Source: a bacterium
Lineage (GTDB): Bacteria > Hinthialibacterota > Hinthialibacteria > Hinthialibacterales > Hinthialibacteraceae
Length of the DNA: 64,000 nucleotides
Direction of reading: 5' to 3'
NCBI GenBank assembly: GCA_963662285.2
Contig: CAXXMV010000003.1
Coordinates: forward strand, 224,001-288,000
Made by a program: the position numbers and the translations under genes
The notes under the pieces: model-generated
Databases searched by the model: none
Told to the model about the DNA's origin: nothing
The model's input: only the letters and a program-made list of their open reading frames with translations
Shown: in pieces, positions 1-10,094 of the stretch
Numbering within the stretch: the stretch's first letter is position 1
Layout of the letters: every line of letters begins with the position of its first letter

Positions 1-16
1 TGTCGCAGTTAAACAT

Positions 17-2563
17 ATGTACGGTTATGATCCAAACGAATTGCTTGGAAAACCATTTCATATTCTACTCAATGATGAATCCGCCCAAAAGGCTATAGAA
101 AGTCTCGATCAACGCAAGAGGGGTGAGTTTGGAAACCGCAGTATCATATTGGAACTCAATCATCGCCGCAAAGACGGAACTGAATTTATCGCTGAAGTCC
201 GCTCTCAACCTATTACGGACGCTGATGGAAATATTACCGAGATTGTTGGTATTACCCGTGATATCACCAATCGTATTCTGGCTGAGAAATCATTGCGTGA
301 AAGCGAGGACAGGTTCCGCAGTCTGTTTGAGCAAGCCCCGCTTGGATACCAATCACTAGATATCAATGGTAACTTTATTGAACTCAATGAGTCGTGGTGT
401 AAGTTGCTTGGATACGCCAAGGAAGAAGTAATCGGCAGGAACTTTTCCGACTTCCTCCATCCAGACTTCCGGGAAGTTTTTTTAGAGAATTTCCCAAAAT
501 TCAGGAGTATTGGTTACATACTGGGCATTGAATTCGAGATGATTAAAAAAGATGGCTCGGAGATTATCGTTTCTTTCGATGGTAAGATCGGGCGCAACAA
601 TGATGGTTCGTTCAAACAAACCCATTGCGTGTTAAGTGATATCACCAATCGTAAATTGGCCGAGGACGCCCTGCATAATTCCGAGGCTCTCTATTCTTCA
701 TTGGTTGAACACCTGCCCCAAAATATCTTCCGCAAAGACGTAGATGGAAAATTCACATTTGTGAACGGCAACTTTTGTGAAACAGTTGGTAAATCTCAGA
801 ATGAAATTATCGGTATGACGGACTATGATCTATTTCCAGCTGAGTTGGCTAAGAAATTTCAGGATGATGATAAAAGGGTTATGGCAACAGGCCAATTGTT
901 CGAAACGGTCGAAGAGAACATATCACGACGTGGAGAAAAAAGATACGTTCAAGTTCTTAAGACGCAGTTAAGAGATTTGGATGGAAAAACAATTGGTATA
1001 CAAGGTATTTTTTGGGATGTCACCGGGCAGAAAAATACGGAAGAGTTGATAAAAAAAGAAAGAGATAGAGCTCAACAGTATCTCGATCTTGCAGGAGCGA
1101 TGTTCGTGTCGCTTGATGCACAAGGTAGAGTTGAACTTGTTAATCAAAATACCTTAAAAATCCTGGAGTATTCCAAGGATGAAATTATTGGTAAGAATTG
1201 GTTCGATAACTTTTTGCCTGAAAAATTGAGGTTGGAGGTTAAAGAATATTTTGACCAAATAATGAGAGATGAAGTTGATCTGGTTGAATTTCATGAAAAT
1301 CCAATATTAACCAAAAATGGAGTAGAAAAGATTATCGCATGGCACAATACTTTTTTAAGAGATGAACAAAACCGTATCATTGGCATCCTTTCTTCTGGAG
1401 AAGACATCACCGAGCGCAAACGCGCCGAGGAAGAATTATTGAAAGCCCGTAAACTTGAATCCATTGGAATTCTCGCCGGGGGAATCGCTCATGATTTTAA
1501 TAATCTTCTAATGGCCATCATTGGGAACATTTCTTTAGCAAAAACACTATCCGATTCTCCAGATGATGTTGCAGAATGTTTAAGTGAAGTGGAAAAAGCT
1601 TCTAAACGAGCGCAAAATCTTACTCAACAGCTGCTTACTTTCTCCAAAGGCGGAGCGCCAATAAAAGAAAATGCAAATGTTTTTGACCTCGTTAAAGAAA
1701 CAACCACATTTTCCTTGCGCGGTTCGAATAGTTCTTGCACCTTTGATTTTCCAGAAAATCTCTGGAAAGTGGATGTTGATAAAGGGCAGTTTAGCCAGGT
1801 TATTCAAAACCTGGTGATTAATGCAGATCAAGCTATGCCAGAAGGTGGAACCATCGAAATTAAGAGTGAAAATATTACTTTTTCAAATAATGGCGCTAAT
1901 AACGACTCAATCCTCCCTGAAGGAGATTATATTAAACTCTCTATTAAAGACCGGGGTATTGGCATTTCAGAAGAATACCTTCAAAAAATATTCGATCCCT
2001 ATTTCTCTACCAAGCGACAAGGCAGCGGATTGGGATTAGCCACAACCTATTCCATCATGAAAAATCATGATGGACATATAACAGTAGAATCTCAAATCAG
2101 TACAGGAACCACGTTCACTCTCTATCTCCCACGTTCTTCCAAAGAGAGCATTACTACTCAAGAAACTGACCATGATAAATTAGAAACTGGCCAAGGTAGA
2201 ATCCTCGTCATGGATGATGAAGCAACAATCAGGAAAATCGTAGGCCGGTTACTCGAGAACATAGGTTATCAAGTTGATTATGCAGAGCACGGAGCTGAGG
2301 CTATTGATAAATACCAAAAATCGATGGCATCAAATGAACCTTTTGATGCACTCATAATGGATTTGACGATTCCTGGAGGCATGGGCGGCAAGGAAGCCAT
2401 CCTCAAACTATTGGAAATCGATCCGCAAGTCAAAGCCATTGTATCAAGCGGCTATTCAGGTGATCCTGTAATGGCGGATTATAAAAAATATGGTTTTACT
2501 GGAGTAATAAGCAAGCCGTACAAACTTGAAGAATTAGGAAAAGCATTGCAGCGCATTTTTTAG
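17..2563 (+). CDS. Multi-PAS hybrid sensor histidine kinase/response regulator (CckA-like); probably 5'-truncated by the window edge
   Basis: Repeated PAS/PAC motifs (DITNR/DITER), H-box GGIAHDFNNLL, N-box NLVINA, G-boxes DRGIGI and GSGLGLA, C-terminal receiver (VMDDE, MDLTIP, SKP). Confidence 0.93.
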   Translation: MYGYDPNELLGKPFHILLNDESAQKAIESLDQRKRGEFGNRSIILELNHRRKDGTEFIAEVRSQPITDADGNITEIVGITRDITNRILAEKSLRESEDRFRSLFEQAPLGYQSLDINGNFIELNESWCKLLGYAKEEVIGRNFSDFLHPDFREVFLENFPKFRSIGYILGIEFEMIKKDGSEIIVSFDGKIGRNNDGSFKQTHCVLSDITNRKLAEDALHNSEALYSSLVEHLPQNIFRKDVDGKFTFVNGNFCETVGKSQNEIIGMTDYDLFPAELAKKFQDDDKRVMATGQLFETVEENISRRGEKRYVQVLKTQLRDLDGKTIGIQGIFWDVTGQKNTEELIKKERDRAQQYLDLAGAMFVSLDAQGRVELVNQNTLKILEYSKDEIIGKNWFDNFLPEKLRLEVKEYFDQIMRDEVDLVEFHENPILTKNGVEKIIAWHNTFLRDEQNRIIGILSSGEDITERKRAEEELLKARKLESIGILAGGIAHDFNNLLMAIIGNISLAKTLSDSPDDVAECLSEVEKASKRAQNLTQQLLTFSKGGAPIKENANVFDLVKETTTFSLRGSNSSCTFDFPENLWKVDVDKGQFSQVIQNLVINADQAMPEGGTIEIKSENITFSNNGANNDSILPEGDYIKLSIKDRGIGISEEYLQKIFDPYFSTKRQGSGLGLATTYSIMKNHDGHITVESQISTGTTFTLYLPRSSKESITTQETDHDKLETGQGRILVMDDEATIRKIVGRLLENIGYQVDYAEHGAEAIDKYQKSMASNEPFDALIMDLTIPGGMGGKEAILKLLEIDPQVKAIVSSGYSGDPVMADYKKYGFTGVISKPYKLEELGKALQRIF

Positions 2564-2740
2564 TTATGATTTTATGAGTATAACCTGATTTCCATCAGGA
2601 ATATAAAATGTTTGTGTATCTTACCTGAGTTAAGAATATGTAACGCCAATCACCCTCAAAACAATGATCTACTGCTTTATATTAAGATGAAAATAAAGTT
2701 AAATAGAATTATCGCATGATTGTATTATATTGGATATAAA

Positions 2741-4282
2741 ATGAATTTGAAACAAAAGAAAATAGGAAGAGTAATATTGGTTGGCGCCGGGCCTGGCGAT
2801 CCCGGATTGATCACGGTTCGGGGACGTGACGCAATCAAGCGCGCCGATGTGGTAGTATTCGATCATTTGGTATGCAAAGAACTGGTGGATATCGCTCCGG
2901 CCCACGCCAAACATATATACGTCGGCAAAAAAGTAGGCAAGCATACTTTAAAACAGGAAGAGATCAATGAACTGCTGGTTCGTGAAGCACGTCTAGGCCA
3001 TGACGTTGTTCGCCTTAAAGGAGGCGATCCTTTCATATTTGGCCGTGGAGCGGAAGAATGCCAACTATTGAGAGCCAACGGGATTCAGTTCGAGATCGTT
3101 CCGGGGGTTTCAGCCGTAGCGGCGGTTCCAGCCTACGCCGGGATTCCCATAACTTGCCGGGATTACAGTACTTCGTTTATCGCCGTTACCGGACACGAAC
3201 ATGCCTGCAAAGAAGAATCTGACGTCGATTGGGCCTCTATAGCAAGAGTTAACAGTACCCTGGTCATTTTCATGGGCGTCTTGAATATCGGATGCATTAC
3301 CAATAAATTAATAGAAAATGGTAAATCTCCCGAAACTCCAACCGCCGTCATCCGCTGGGGAACTTATTCTCATCAAAAAACCATCATCGGCAGTTTAAGT
3401 ACAATTGCAGATCAAGTGCAACGCGCCAACCTGCGTCCGCCGGGACTGATTGTAATTGGCGAAGTTGTCCGCTTTCGTGAATCTCTCAACTGGTTTGAGA
3501 CGCGGCCTCTGTTTGGCAAGACTATAGCCGTTCCTAGAGCGCGATCTCAGGCGTCACGGCTCAGCCAGTCATTGATCGGAATGGGCGCCAATGTAATTGA
3601 AATTCCCGCCGCAAGACATGAACCGATTCAAGCCGCCAATCCACTGGGAGAAATCCTACACGAAATCCGTGATTATGATTGGATCGTTTTCACAGATGAT
3701 CAAAGCGTCCATTCTTTCTTCGATTCAATGAACCAAAAAGGGTATGACACGCGCAGCCTGGCTAACTGCCGTATAGGCGCCATTGGCGATGAAACTATCA
3801 GCGCCTTGAGTGAACATGGCGTTAAACCAGATTTTATTCCTACCCGTTTCTGTTCCGCCCATGTCGTCGAAGAATTATCCAGCCAATTTCCTTTAGACAA
3901 AGTAAGAATATTGATCCCCTGTCAGGATGAAATTCATGAAGGCCTATCACAATCGCTGCAAAATGCTGGAGCAATTGTTAAAAATGCTGTAATCTTCTCT
4001 GATTATGACAATGCAACTGAAGAGTTCCTGCTTAATGGCCAACGTCTAGACCTGGTAGCCTTTACCTGTTCAACCACGGTTCACAATTTTATTAACCGGA
4101 TTGGAATCAATGAAGCGAAGCGTATTGCGGGGAATACCGTATTCGCTTCTATTGGACCGTTGACCTCATCTGCATTGCATGAATATGGATTTGAAGTAAA
4201 GGTTCAACCACAGCAATCTGATATCCAATCTTTAACCAATGCAATAGCCGTACACTGCCAGGATGATTCAGAAAAAGATTGA
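2741..4282 (+). CDS. cobA: Uroporphyrinogen-III C-methyltransferase / uroporphyrinogen-III synthase fusion (CobA-HemD)
   Basis: LVGAGPGDPGLIT and RLKGGDPFIFGRG methyltransferase motifs; C-terminal HemD domain (PLFGKTI..RAR.QA, YDWIVFT, SIGPLTS). Confidence 0.93.
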   Translation: MNLKQKKIGRVILVGAGPGDPGLITVRGRDAIKRADVVVFDHLVCKELVDIAPAHAKHIYVGKKVGKHTLKQEEINELLVREARLGHDVVRLKGGDPFIFGRGAEECQLLRANGIQFEIVPGVSAVAAVPAYAGIPITCRDYSTSFIAVTGHEHACKEESDVDWASIARVNSTLVIFMGVLNIGCITNKLIENGKSPETPTAVIRWGTYSHQKTIIGSLSTIADQVQRANLRPPGLIVIGEVVRFRESLNWFETRPLFGKTIAVPRARSQASRLSQSLIGMGANVIEIPAARHEPIQAANPLGEILHEIRDYDWIVFTDDQSVHSFFDSMNQKGYDTRSLANCRIGAIGDETISALSEHGVKPDFIPTRFCSAHVVEELSSQFPLDKVRILIPCQDEIHEGLSQSLQNAGAIVKNAVIFSDYDNATEEFLLNGQRLDLVAFTCSTTVHNFINRIGINEAKRIAGNTVFASIGPLTSSALHEYGFEVKVQPQQSDIQSLTNAIAVHCQDDSEKD

Positions 4283-4327
4283 AGGTAGTATTCATAAGTC
4301 TATAAATATGAGTAAATAAAATGGAGT

Positions 4328-4360
4328 AGGCGCCTAGGGAATTATCCTTTCTGCCCTTGA
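4328..4360 (+). repeat. Degenerate family C palindromic repeat
   Basis: AGGCGCCTAGGG...CTGCCCTTGA resembles GGGYGCCAAGGGCA...GCCCTTGA. Confidence 0.5.
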
Positions 4361-4407
4361 CTCACATCCTTGGAGAAACGATATAACTTTACTGTTTTTT
4401 TATAGAA

Positions 4408-4435
4408 TAAAGGGCGCATTAAATGCGCCCTTTTT
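4408..4435. terminator. Bidirectional intrinsic terminator between convergent cobA-hemD and nfnAB
   Basis: AAAGGGCGCAT-TAA-ATGCGCCCTTT hairpin followed by a T-run. Confidence 0.85.
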
Positions 4436-4466
4436 AGTCCATTTAATTTACTGAATACAACTAATT

Positions 4467-6803
4467 CTACCATACGCCAGTAGTCAGATATTCATGCATT
4501 GATTTGGCTGCAATGCGTCCTTGTCCCATAGCTAGAATAACCGTTGAACCGCCAGTGATGGCGTCTCCACCAGCGAAGACGGATTCTTTAGTGGTTTTTC
4601 CTGTTGCCGGTTCGGCGATAATAACTCCCCATTTGTTGAGATTAAGGCCTTCTGTCGTTCGAGGGATCAGTGGATTAATACCAAAACCAAGAGCCGAGAT
4701 AACTGTTTCTGTTGGAATAATATATTCGGAACCTTTTATGGGAACAGGACGGCGGCGTCCGGAATCATCCGGTTCTCCTAGTTCCATCTTGATGCATTTC
4801 ATCGCTTTAACCCAGCCATCATCCGTACCGATCAATTCAACCGGAGCGGTCAGGAATTGGAAATTAACCCCTTCCTGCTGAGCGTGTTCGATCTCTTCAT
4901 CACGCGCAGGGGCCTCTTTGAGCGTACGCCGGTAAATGATATTTACGTCATCGGCGCCCATTCTAACGCTGACCCGCGCGGCATCCATAGCCGTGTTTCC
5001 CGCGCCGATGATCGCCGCAGTTTTGCCGACGGTGACCGGAGTGCTGTATTCGGGGAACCGGTCGGCGTGCATCAGGTTTATGCGGGTCAGAAACTCATTG
5101 GCTGTATAAACGCCTTTGAGGTTCTCGCCGGGGATGTTCATCATACGGGGTAATCCGGCGCCGGAACCCAGGAAGACGGCGTCGAAGCCTTCTTTCTCCA
5201 AGAAATCATCAACCGTCTTGGATTTCCCGATCAAAGCGTTGGTATAGAATTTAACCCCTTTTTTGCTAAGACCCTCGATCTCTTTATCCACAATTTCATT
5301 GGGAAGGCGGAATTCAGGAATACCATAAATGAGCACGCCGCCTAAGCGGTGCAGGGCTTCGAAGACATGAACCTCATGACCTTTGTTGATCAAGTCTCCC
5401 GCTACGGTAAGTCCTGATGGACCAGAACCTATGATAGCTACTTTTTTACCCGTAGGTTCAGGTTTCGTCCACTCAAATTCGCCGCCATTTAAGTTTTCAT
5501 AGTCGGCCACAAAGCGTTCCAGGCGACCGATTGCGACTGATTCACCCTTTTTATTCAGGATGCATTGGATTTCGCATTGCGTCTCCTGAGGGCATACCCG
5601 TCCGCATACGGCTGGTAAGACATTGGTCTCTTTAATAACTTTAGCTGCTTCCAGGAATTTGCCTTCCCTTACCAGGCCGATGAAACGTGGGATATCCACA
5701 AATACAGGACATCCATCAATGCACTTAGGTTTTTTGCAAATCAAGCAACGGTTGGCTTCTGCGATAGCTAGTTCTTCGGTCAATCCCAGCGCCACTTCTT
5801 TGAAATTCTTGTTACGGACATTCGCTTCTTGCTCAGGCATAACCTGTCGAGGAATTTTCATCCTATCCTTGGCTTTAAGGTCAGGATTACTAAAGTCAAT
5901 ATTTTCAGGATTTTTAGCTTCCCAGAATTTCTCTATTGTTTCAATATCACTATTATAAAGGCACGCCGGTGAGTGCTCCTCTTCACCTCTATGAATGGCA
6001 TAGGCTAATTTCTCTTCATTGGCATACCATTTCTGACGGTTCATCAGTTCATCAAAATCAACATTATGACCGTCAAAATCAGGACCGTCGCAGCAGGCGA
6101 ATTTGGAATCGCCGTTGACGCTTACCCGGCAGCCGCCGCACATGCCCGTACCATCAACCATAAGCGCATTCAGAGAGACCGTGCATCCGATGTTAAGCGA
6201 TTTGGTCATCTTGCTCGCCGCTGACATCATGGGAACCGGACCAATGGCGAAGGTATGGTCTACTACAGTCCCTTCATCAAGGATGTCTTGCAGTACATTT
6301 GTAACGAATCCTTCTCTACCATACGAACCATCGTTGGTTGAGATGCGAACTTCGTCACAAGCGTTCTTCATTAAGTCTTCCAGAAGAATAAGCGACTTGT
6401 CGCGGGCGCCGATCACTCCGATTACTTTATTCCCATTGTCACGCAGTTGTTGGCAGATGGGAATCAACGCGGCAACGCCATATCCACCGCCCATACATAC
6501 TACTGTTCCGTATTTTTGCACCGGGCTAGGTTCACCCAGAGGACCAATGATGCTAAAAAAGGAGTCTCCCACATTCATTGAGCAGATTTCGTTGGTGGTC
6601 TTGCCAATCGCTTGAATAACGAAATAAAGACTGTCATTTTCATGATTGGAACCTGCAAGCGAGATGGGGATGCGCTCGGATTTATCATGAGGACAGATAA
6701 TCATAAATTGACCAGCTTTTCGTGCATGACAAACAAGCGGCGCTTTGGCTTCAAACCAAAATGTGTTGGGGGCTAATTCTCTTTTCTCAAGAATCTCAAA
6801 CAT
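4467..6803 (-). CDS. nfnAB: Fused NfnAB electron-bifurcating NADH-dependent ferredoxin:NADP+ oxidoreductase (SudB/PyrK-like plus GltD-like domains)
   Basis: N-terminal FNR domain (ERIPISL, GPLG, GGGYG, MVDGTGMCGGC...DGPDF); C-terminal CxxC...C..GCP, CGRVCPQETQCE, GSGPSG, GAGNTAMD, GGDAITG. Confidence 0.88.
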   Translation of the reverse strand: MFEILEKRELAPNTFWFEAKAPLVCHARKAGQFMIICPHDKSERIPISLAGSNHENDSLYFVIQAIGKTTNEICSMNVGDSFFSIIGPLGEPSPVQKYGTVVCMGGGYGVAALIPICQQLRDNGNKVIGVIGARDKSLILLEDLMKNACDEVRISTNDGSYGREGFVTNVLQDILDEGTVVDHTFAIGPVPMMSAASKMTKSLNIGCTVSLNALMVDGTGMCGGCRVSVNGDSKFACCDGPDFDGHNVDFDELMNRQKWYANEEKLAYAIHRGEEEHSPACLYNSDIETIEKFWEAKNPENIDFSNPDLKAKDRMKIPRQVMPEQEANVRNKNFKEVALGLTEELAIAEANRCLICKKPKCIDGCPVFVDIPRFIGLVREGKFLEAAKVIKETNVLPAVCGRVCPQETQCEIQCILNKKGESVAIGRLERFVADYENLNGGEFEWTKPEPTGKKVAIIGSGPSGLTVAGDLINKGHEVHVFEALHRLGGVLIYGIPEFRLPNEIVDKEIEGLSKKGVKFYTNALIGKSKTVDDFLEKEGFDAVFLGSGAGLPRMMNIPGENLKGVYTANEFLTRINLMHADRFPEYSTPVTVGKTAAIIGAGNTAMDAARVSVRMGADDVNIIYRRTLKEAPARDEEIEHAQQEGVNFQFLTAPVELIGTDDGWVKAMKCIKMELGEPDDSGRRRPVPIKGSEYIIPTETVISALGFGINPLIPRTTEGLNLNKWGVIIAEPATGKTTKESVFAGGDAITGGSTVILAMGQGRIAAKSMHEYLTTGVW

Positions 6804-6844
6804 AGATGTCTGCTCCTTTTTCCCTGTGTAGAAAAATATTTAAA

Positions 6845-6870
6845 AATTCATTTATTATAATGAATGAATT
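6845..6870. promoter_or_regulatory. Near-perfect 26-bp palindrome upstream of nfnAB; candidate operator
   Basis: AATTCATTTATTATAATGAATGAATT with one mismatched pair, about 40 nt upstream of the start. Confidence 0.45.
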
Positions 6871-7114
6871 ATCGGATATATCTAGGTTATAAAAACGAAT
6901 ATAACGGCGAGAGTCAATAGTTACGGTGTATCGGATTAATCAAAAAGTTGTTTCAGAGAGGTTCTCAAGATTATGTTCGTTTATAATTACCTACATTATA
7001 AACCAACATAATCTATTTTACGAGGTTTTTTTAATGAAAATATTACAATATTATCAGATTTATAGACCAGTACTCTATTCAAACTTTAATCTAAGAACCA
7101 CCCGCTAAAAACCC

Positions 7115-7141
7115 GTAGGGGCAATCCCTCGTGGTTGCCCT
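7115..7141 (+). repeat. GTAG-type REP, family B
   Basis: GTAGGGGCAATCCCTCGTGGTTGCCCT. Confidence 0.8.
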
Positions 7142-7189
7142 ATCTGGTGTAACTACTTTAGATTTAGCAAAAATCTCATTCTACAATTT

Positions 7190-7227
7190 ATTGAGCGTTG
7201 CAGGTCAAGACAGCAGCGCTCAATTTT
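7190..7227 (+). terminator. Terminator/attenuator-like hairpin upstream of ABC permease
   Basis: ATTGAGCGTTGC...GCAGCGCTCAAT then TTT. Confidence 0.4.
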
Positions 7228-7277
7228 GCTATCATAAAAAAACACACCATAAATATCCTTAACCTTGGGGAACCTTC

Positions 7278-8423
7278 ATGTTCTTTAAACTCGTCTTAAA
7301 CCAGGCAAGGCATAAATGGGGCATTAACCTCATGATTTTCCTTGCTTTGACAACCGTCGTGTCGCTTTATGTCTACTTAAAAAATACCAGTCAATTCGCT
7401 AACCGTTCCATGCAATTGATTATGAAAAACATGGGACACAATCTCTTATTGCTTCCCGATGAAGCCAATCCTTACGATACATATCTCTGCACTGAACAAC
7501 AGATCCTCTTTTCTGATAACATAACCCGCGAACTCGCCAAACACACTCATTTAGCTTCGCGATATTATGTTTCAATGCTGCAAAAAAGAATAACCTTAGA
7601 TAATCATGAATTAATATTAACCGGAATTGAACCGGTCAAACGCAAAGATGAAACACGCGAAAAAGGAAACCTTCTCGCTCCAATCAAGCCCGGTTTTATT
7701 CGTTTAGGAAGCACGGCTGCAAAGCAATTAAAGCTAACAGGTGGAATGGAACTTGCCATCCATAACCGGAAATTCCAGGTTTCAGAGATACTGCAACCCA
7801 AAGGAACTATCGACGACTTTAGAATTTATGTAGAACTAAAAGAGAGCCAGGATATCTTTGAGCAACCGGGAAAGATAAACGCCATTTTGGCCTTTGCCTG
7901 CCTGCATGTTGGAAACCTGGAAGAGACCGAAGCCTTCCAAAAAGTGGAAATCCCCAAAATCGCTCCTGGTTTCAAACAAATCACCAAGACCGATATATTC
8001 CAGGGCCGCTATCTAGCCCGTATGACTACCCAGGGTTCTCTGAGATATCTGCTTATTATTGTGCTCAGCGTGGTTGTTTTGTTGATCGCTATAACTGGTT
8101 TCCAGGAGGTTGCCGAACGCCGCCGCGAGTTGGGAATTCTGGTCTCTATGGGCGCTAATTATTTATATATAACCTCTTTATATTTCGTAAAGATCGTAAT
8201 TATCGCCTTATGCGCTTCGGTGGCTGGTTTCCTGATAGGTTCGCAATTATCTATTTCACTCAATTCACCTTTATTGTTTGTCCACACTGCCCAGATGCGT
8301 ATCCTATGGAATCACTTACCCAACGTCATCTACCTGACATGCGCCATTGCGTTGGCCGCCGAATTGCTCCCCATCATTAAATTGGTGAGAATGGATCCCA
8401 CGGCAACTTTGATTGAGGACTAA
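7278..8423 (+). CDS. ABC transporter permease (FtsX/MacB-like)
   Basis: N-terminal TM, periplasmic domain, VAERRRELGILVSMGA motif, C-terminal TMs ending MDPTATL. Confidence 0.85.
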   Translation: MFFKLVLNQARHKWGINLMIFLALTTVVSLYVYLKNTSQFANRSMQLIMKNMGHNLLLLPDEANPYDTYLCTEQQILFSDNITRELAKHTHLASRYYVSMLQKRITLDNHELILTGIEPVKRKDETREKGNLLAPIKPGFIRLGSTAAKQLKLTGGMELAIHNRKFQVSEILQPKGTIDDFRIYVELKESQDIFEQPGKINAILAFACLHVGNLEETEAFQKVEIPKIAPGFKQITKTDIFQGRYLARMTTQGSLRYLLIIVLSVVVLLIAITGFQEVAERRRELGILVSMGANYLYITSLYFVKIVIIALCASVAGFLIGSQLSISLNSPLLFVHTAQMRILWNHLPNVIYLTCAIALAAELLPIIKLVRMDPTATLIED

Positions 8424-8425
8424 AC

Positions 8426-9088
8426 ATGATAATCCAAACCAAAAATCTTTTAAAAACCTATACCAAATCAAACCAGACAATCAATGCGATTGATAATCTT
8501 AATCTATCAATCGATGAGGGTGATTTCGTCGTGGTTCATGGCCCAAGTGGATGCGGTAAAAGCACGCTGCTGCTTTTATTGGGAGGCATGTTGCATCCCA
8601 CAGCGGGACAAGTTCTATATCAAGATAAAGACCTCTACGCGAGTCCAGCCTTTCTGCGTGGAACCTACCGCAAACGGGTAGTTGGCTTCATGTTTCAGAA
8701 ATTCTATTTAATGCCCTATCTGTCAGTCAGGGATAACATCAATTTATCGCTCTCCATTCGTAAAATGAAGCAGGGCAGTGCAGAGCGGGTAAGGTTGCTC
8801 ATCGACCGTCTGGGCATTTCCCAACGCATGAAACATCTACCAGAAGAACTCAGCGTAGGAGAACAGCAGCGCGTCGCGTTGGCGCGTACTTTAGCGGGAA
8901 ATCCAGATATAATCCTGGCCGATGAACCGACGGGCAATCTGGATAAAAATAATAAACAAATAATCGCCCAATGTCTAAAAGATGAAAACGCCCAAGGCAA
9001 AACAGTAGTCCTGGTAACCCACGACGAATCGCTAATAGAATTAGGCAACCAACAAATCCAATTATCGTCAGGTAAACTAACAGAGTAG
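8426..9088 (+). CDS. ABC transporter ATP-binding protein (LolD/MacB-like)
   Basis: GPSGCGKST, LSVGEQQR, ILADEPTGNLD, VTHD. Confidence 0.93.
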   Translation: MIIQTKNLLKTYTKSNQTINAIDNLNLSIDEGDFVVVHGPSGCGKSTLLLLLGGMLHPTAGQVLYQDKDLYASPAFLRGTYRKRVVGFMFQKFYLMPYLSVRDNINLSLSIRKMKQGSAERVRLLIDRLGISQRMKHLPEELSVGEQQRVALARTLAGNPDIILADEPTGNLDKNNKQIIAQCLKDENAQGKTVVLVTHDESLIELGNQQIQLSSGKLTE

Positions 9089-9091
9089 CTG

Positions 9092-9189
9092 GTAGGATGG
9101 GACAAAGCGCCAGCGTGTCCCTTCAAAACCACCTATGCATCACAGAAGGTAGGGTGGGCTAAAAGCGAAGCGTAGCCCACCAAAACCAC
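9092..9189 (+). repeat. Two tandem GTAG-type REPs, family A (9092-9124, 9149-9181), each followed by AAAACCAC
   Basis: GTAGGATGGGACAAAGCGCCAGCGTGTCCC and GTAGGGTGGGCTAAAAGCGAAGCGTAGCCCACC. Confidence 0.85.
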
Positions 9190-9190
9190 T

Positions 9191-9958
9191 CTATTTCTTC
9201 AAATTATCAAGAATAATCTCAGCCACCAACTTCGCCTGCGCTTCCTTACCCTTATCGTTGAAATGCACTCCATCAGAACCATGAAACTCAGGATGGTCAA
9301 TCATGGCGTTAAACAGATCATTGATGGGAACGCCATGTTTGATAGCCACTTCACGGGCGAATTTATTCCTTTGGATCACGCGTTCCGTCCGTTCCATCAA
9401 TTGATCCAGATTGCCCTTCTCGCGCATGGGAGTCGAACTAGCCCAGATCAGCGCTGTATCCTCTGTGTTTTCTTTAAGAGCATCGAACAACTTAACGATG
9501 CCATTATTATAAGATTCTTCAGTATACCCGAATCCATGCAGCCCATTATTGAAATGCACCACATCAAAATGATACTGCCGAAGCACCATGAGCAATTCAT
9601 CAAAGAACACCGGATCGCTGACGCAACGTGAGGTAGACAATCGGCCGCAATAAGCGATTCCATCAAGCTTTTTCTCGACCAGAGGATAATAACCCACCGT
9701 AATAGAGTCGCCAACAATCAAAACGCGGGGCAATTCATCTTTATCCGCATAGGGCAGCCAGATATTGCACCATTCAATATGCTCTCTAACTAACGGCTCC
9801 GAATCACCAATATCAGTAACCGTAGTGCATCCACACAACGATAACATAATGATGCCTAGCAGAATAAACCGTGGTTGGAAATTCATAAAATTACTCTTCT
9901 TCATGGTCTTCGGGATTAGTTTCATTTTATTATACGCCTCACAAAAGTATTTTCTCAA
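9191..9958 (-). CDS. SGNH/GDSL hydrolase, probable lipoprotein (true start likely near 9886-9925)
   Basis: IVGDSIT, FNNGLHG, DGVHF catalytic blocks; LCGC lipobox-like. Confidence 0.85.
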   Translation of the reverse strand: MRKYFCEAYNKMKLIPKTMKKSNFMNFQPRFILLGIIMLSLCGCTTVTDIGDSEPLVREHIEWCNIWLPYADKDELPRVLIVGDSITVGYYPLVEKKLDGIAYCGRLSTSRCVSDPVFFDELLMVLRQYHFDVVHFNNGLHGFGYTEESYNNGIVKLFDALKENTEDTALIWASSTPMREKGNLDQLMERTERVIQRNKFAREVAIKHGVPINDLFNAMIDHPEFHGSDGVHFNDKGKEAQAKLVAEIILDNLKK

Positions 9959-10024
9959 TTGTTCTTTTTACTGAATCAAGCATCAAAAGGCGTGGATGCC
10001 AAGAGCATGACTTTAATATATGAA

Positions 10025-10064
10025 GGGTGCCAAGGGCAAGACCGCAATGCGGTCAGCCCTTGAT
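10025..10064 (+). repeat. Family C palindromic repeat
   Basis: GGGTGCCAAGGGCAAGACCGCAATGCGGTCAGCCCTTGAT; near-identical copies at 26011, 40076, 41321. Confidence 0.9.
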
Positions 10065-10094
10065 GCAATAACTTAAGATATAGAGTCAACCTCT

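Noticed and set aside
5284-5292. DnaA boxes (TTATCCACA here; TGTGGATAA at 62307)
   Set aside because: Isolated single matches inside coding sequence; no intergenic cluster, so no oriC call.
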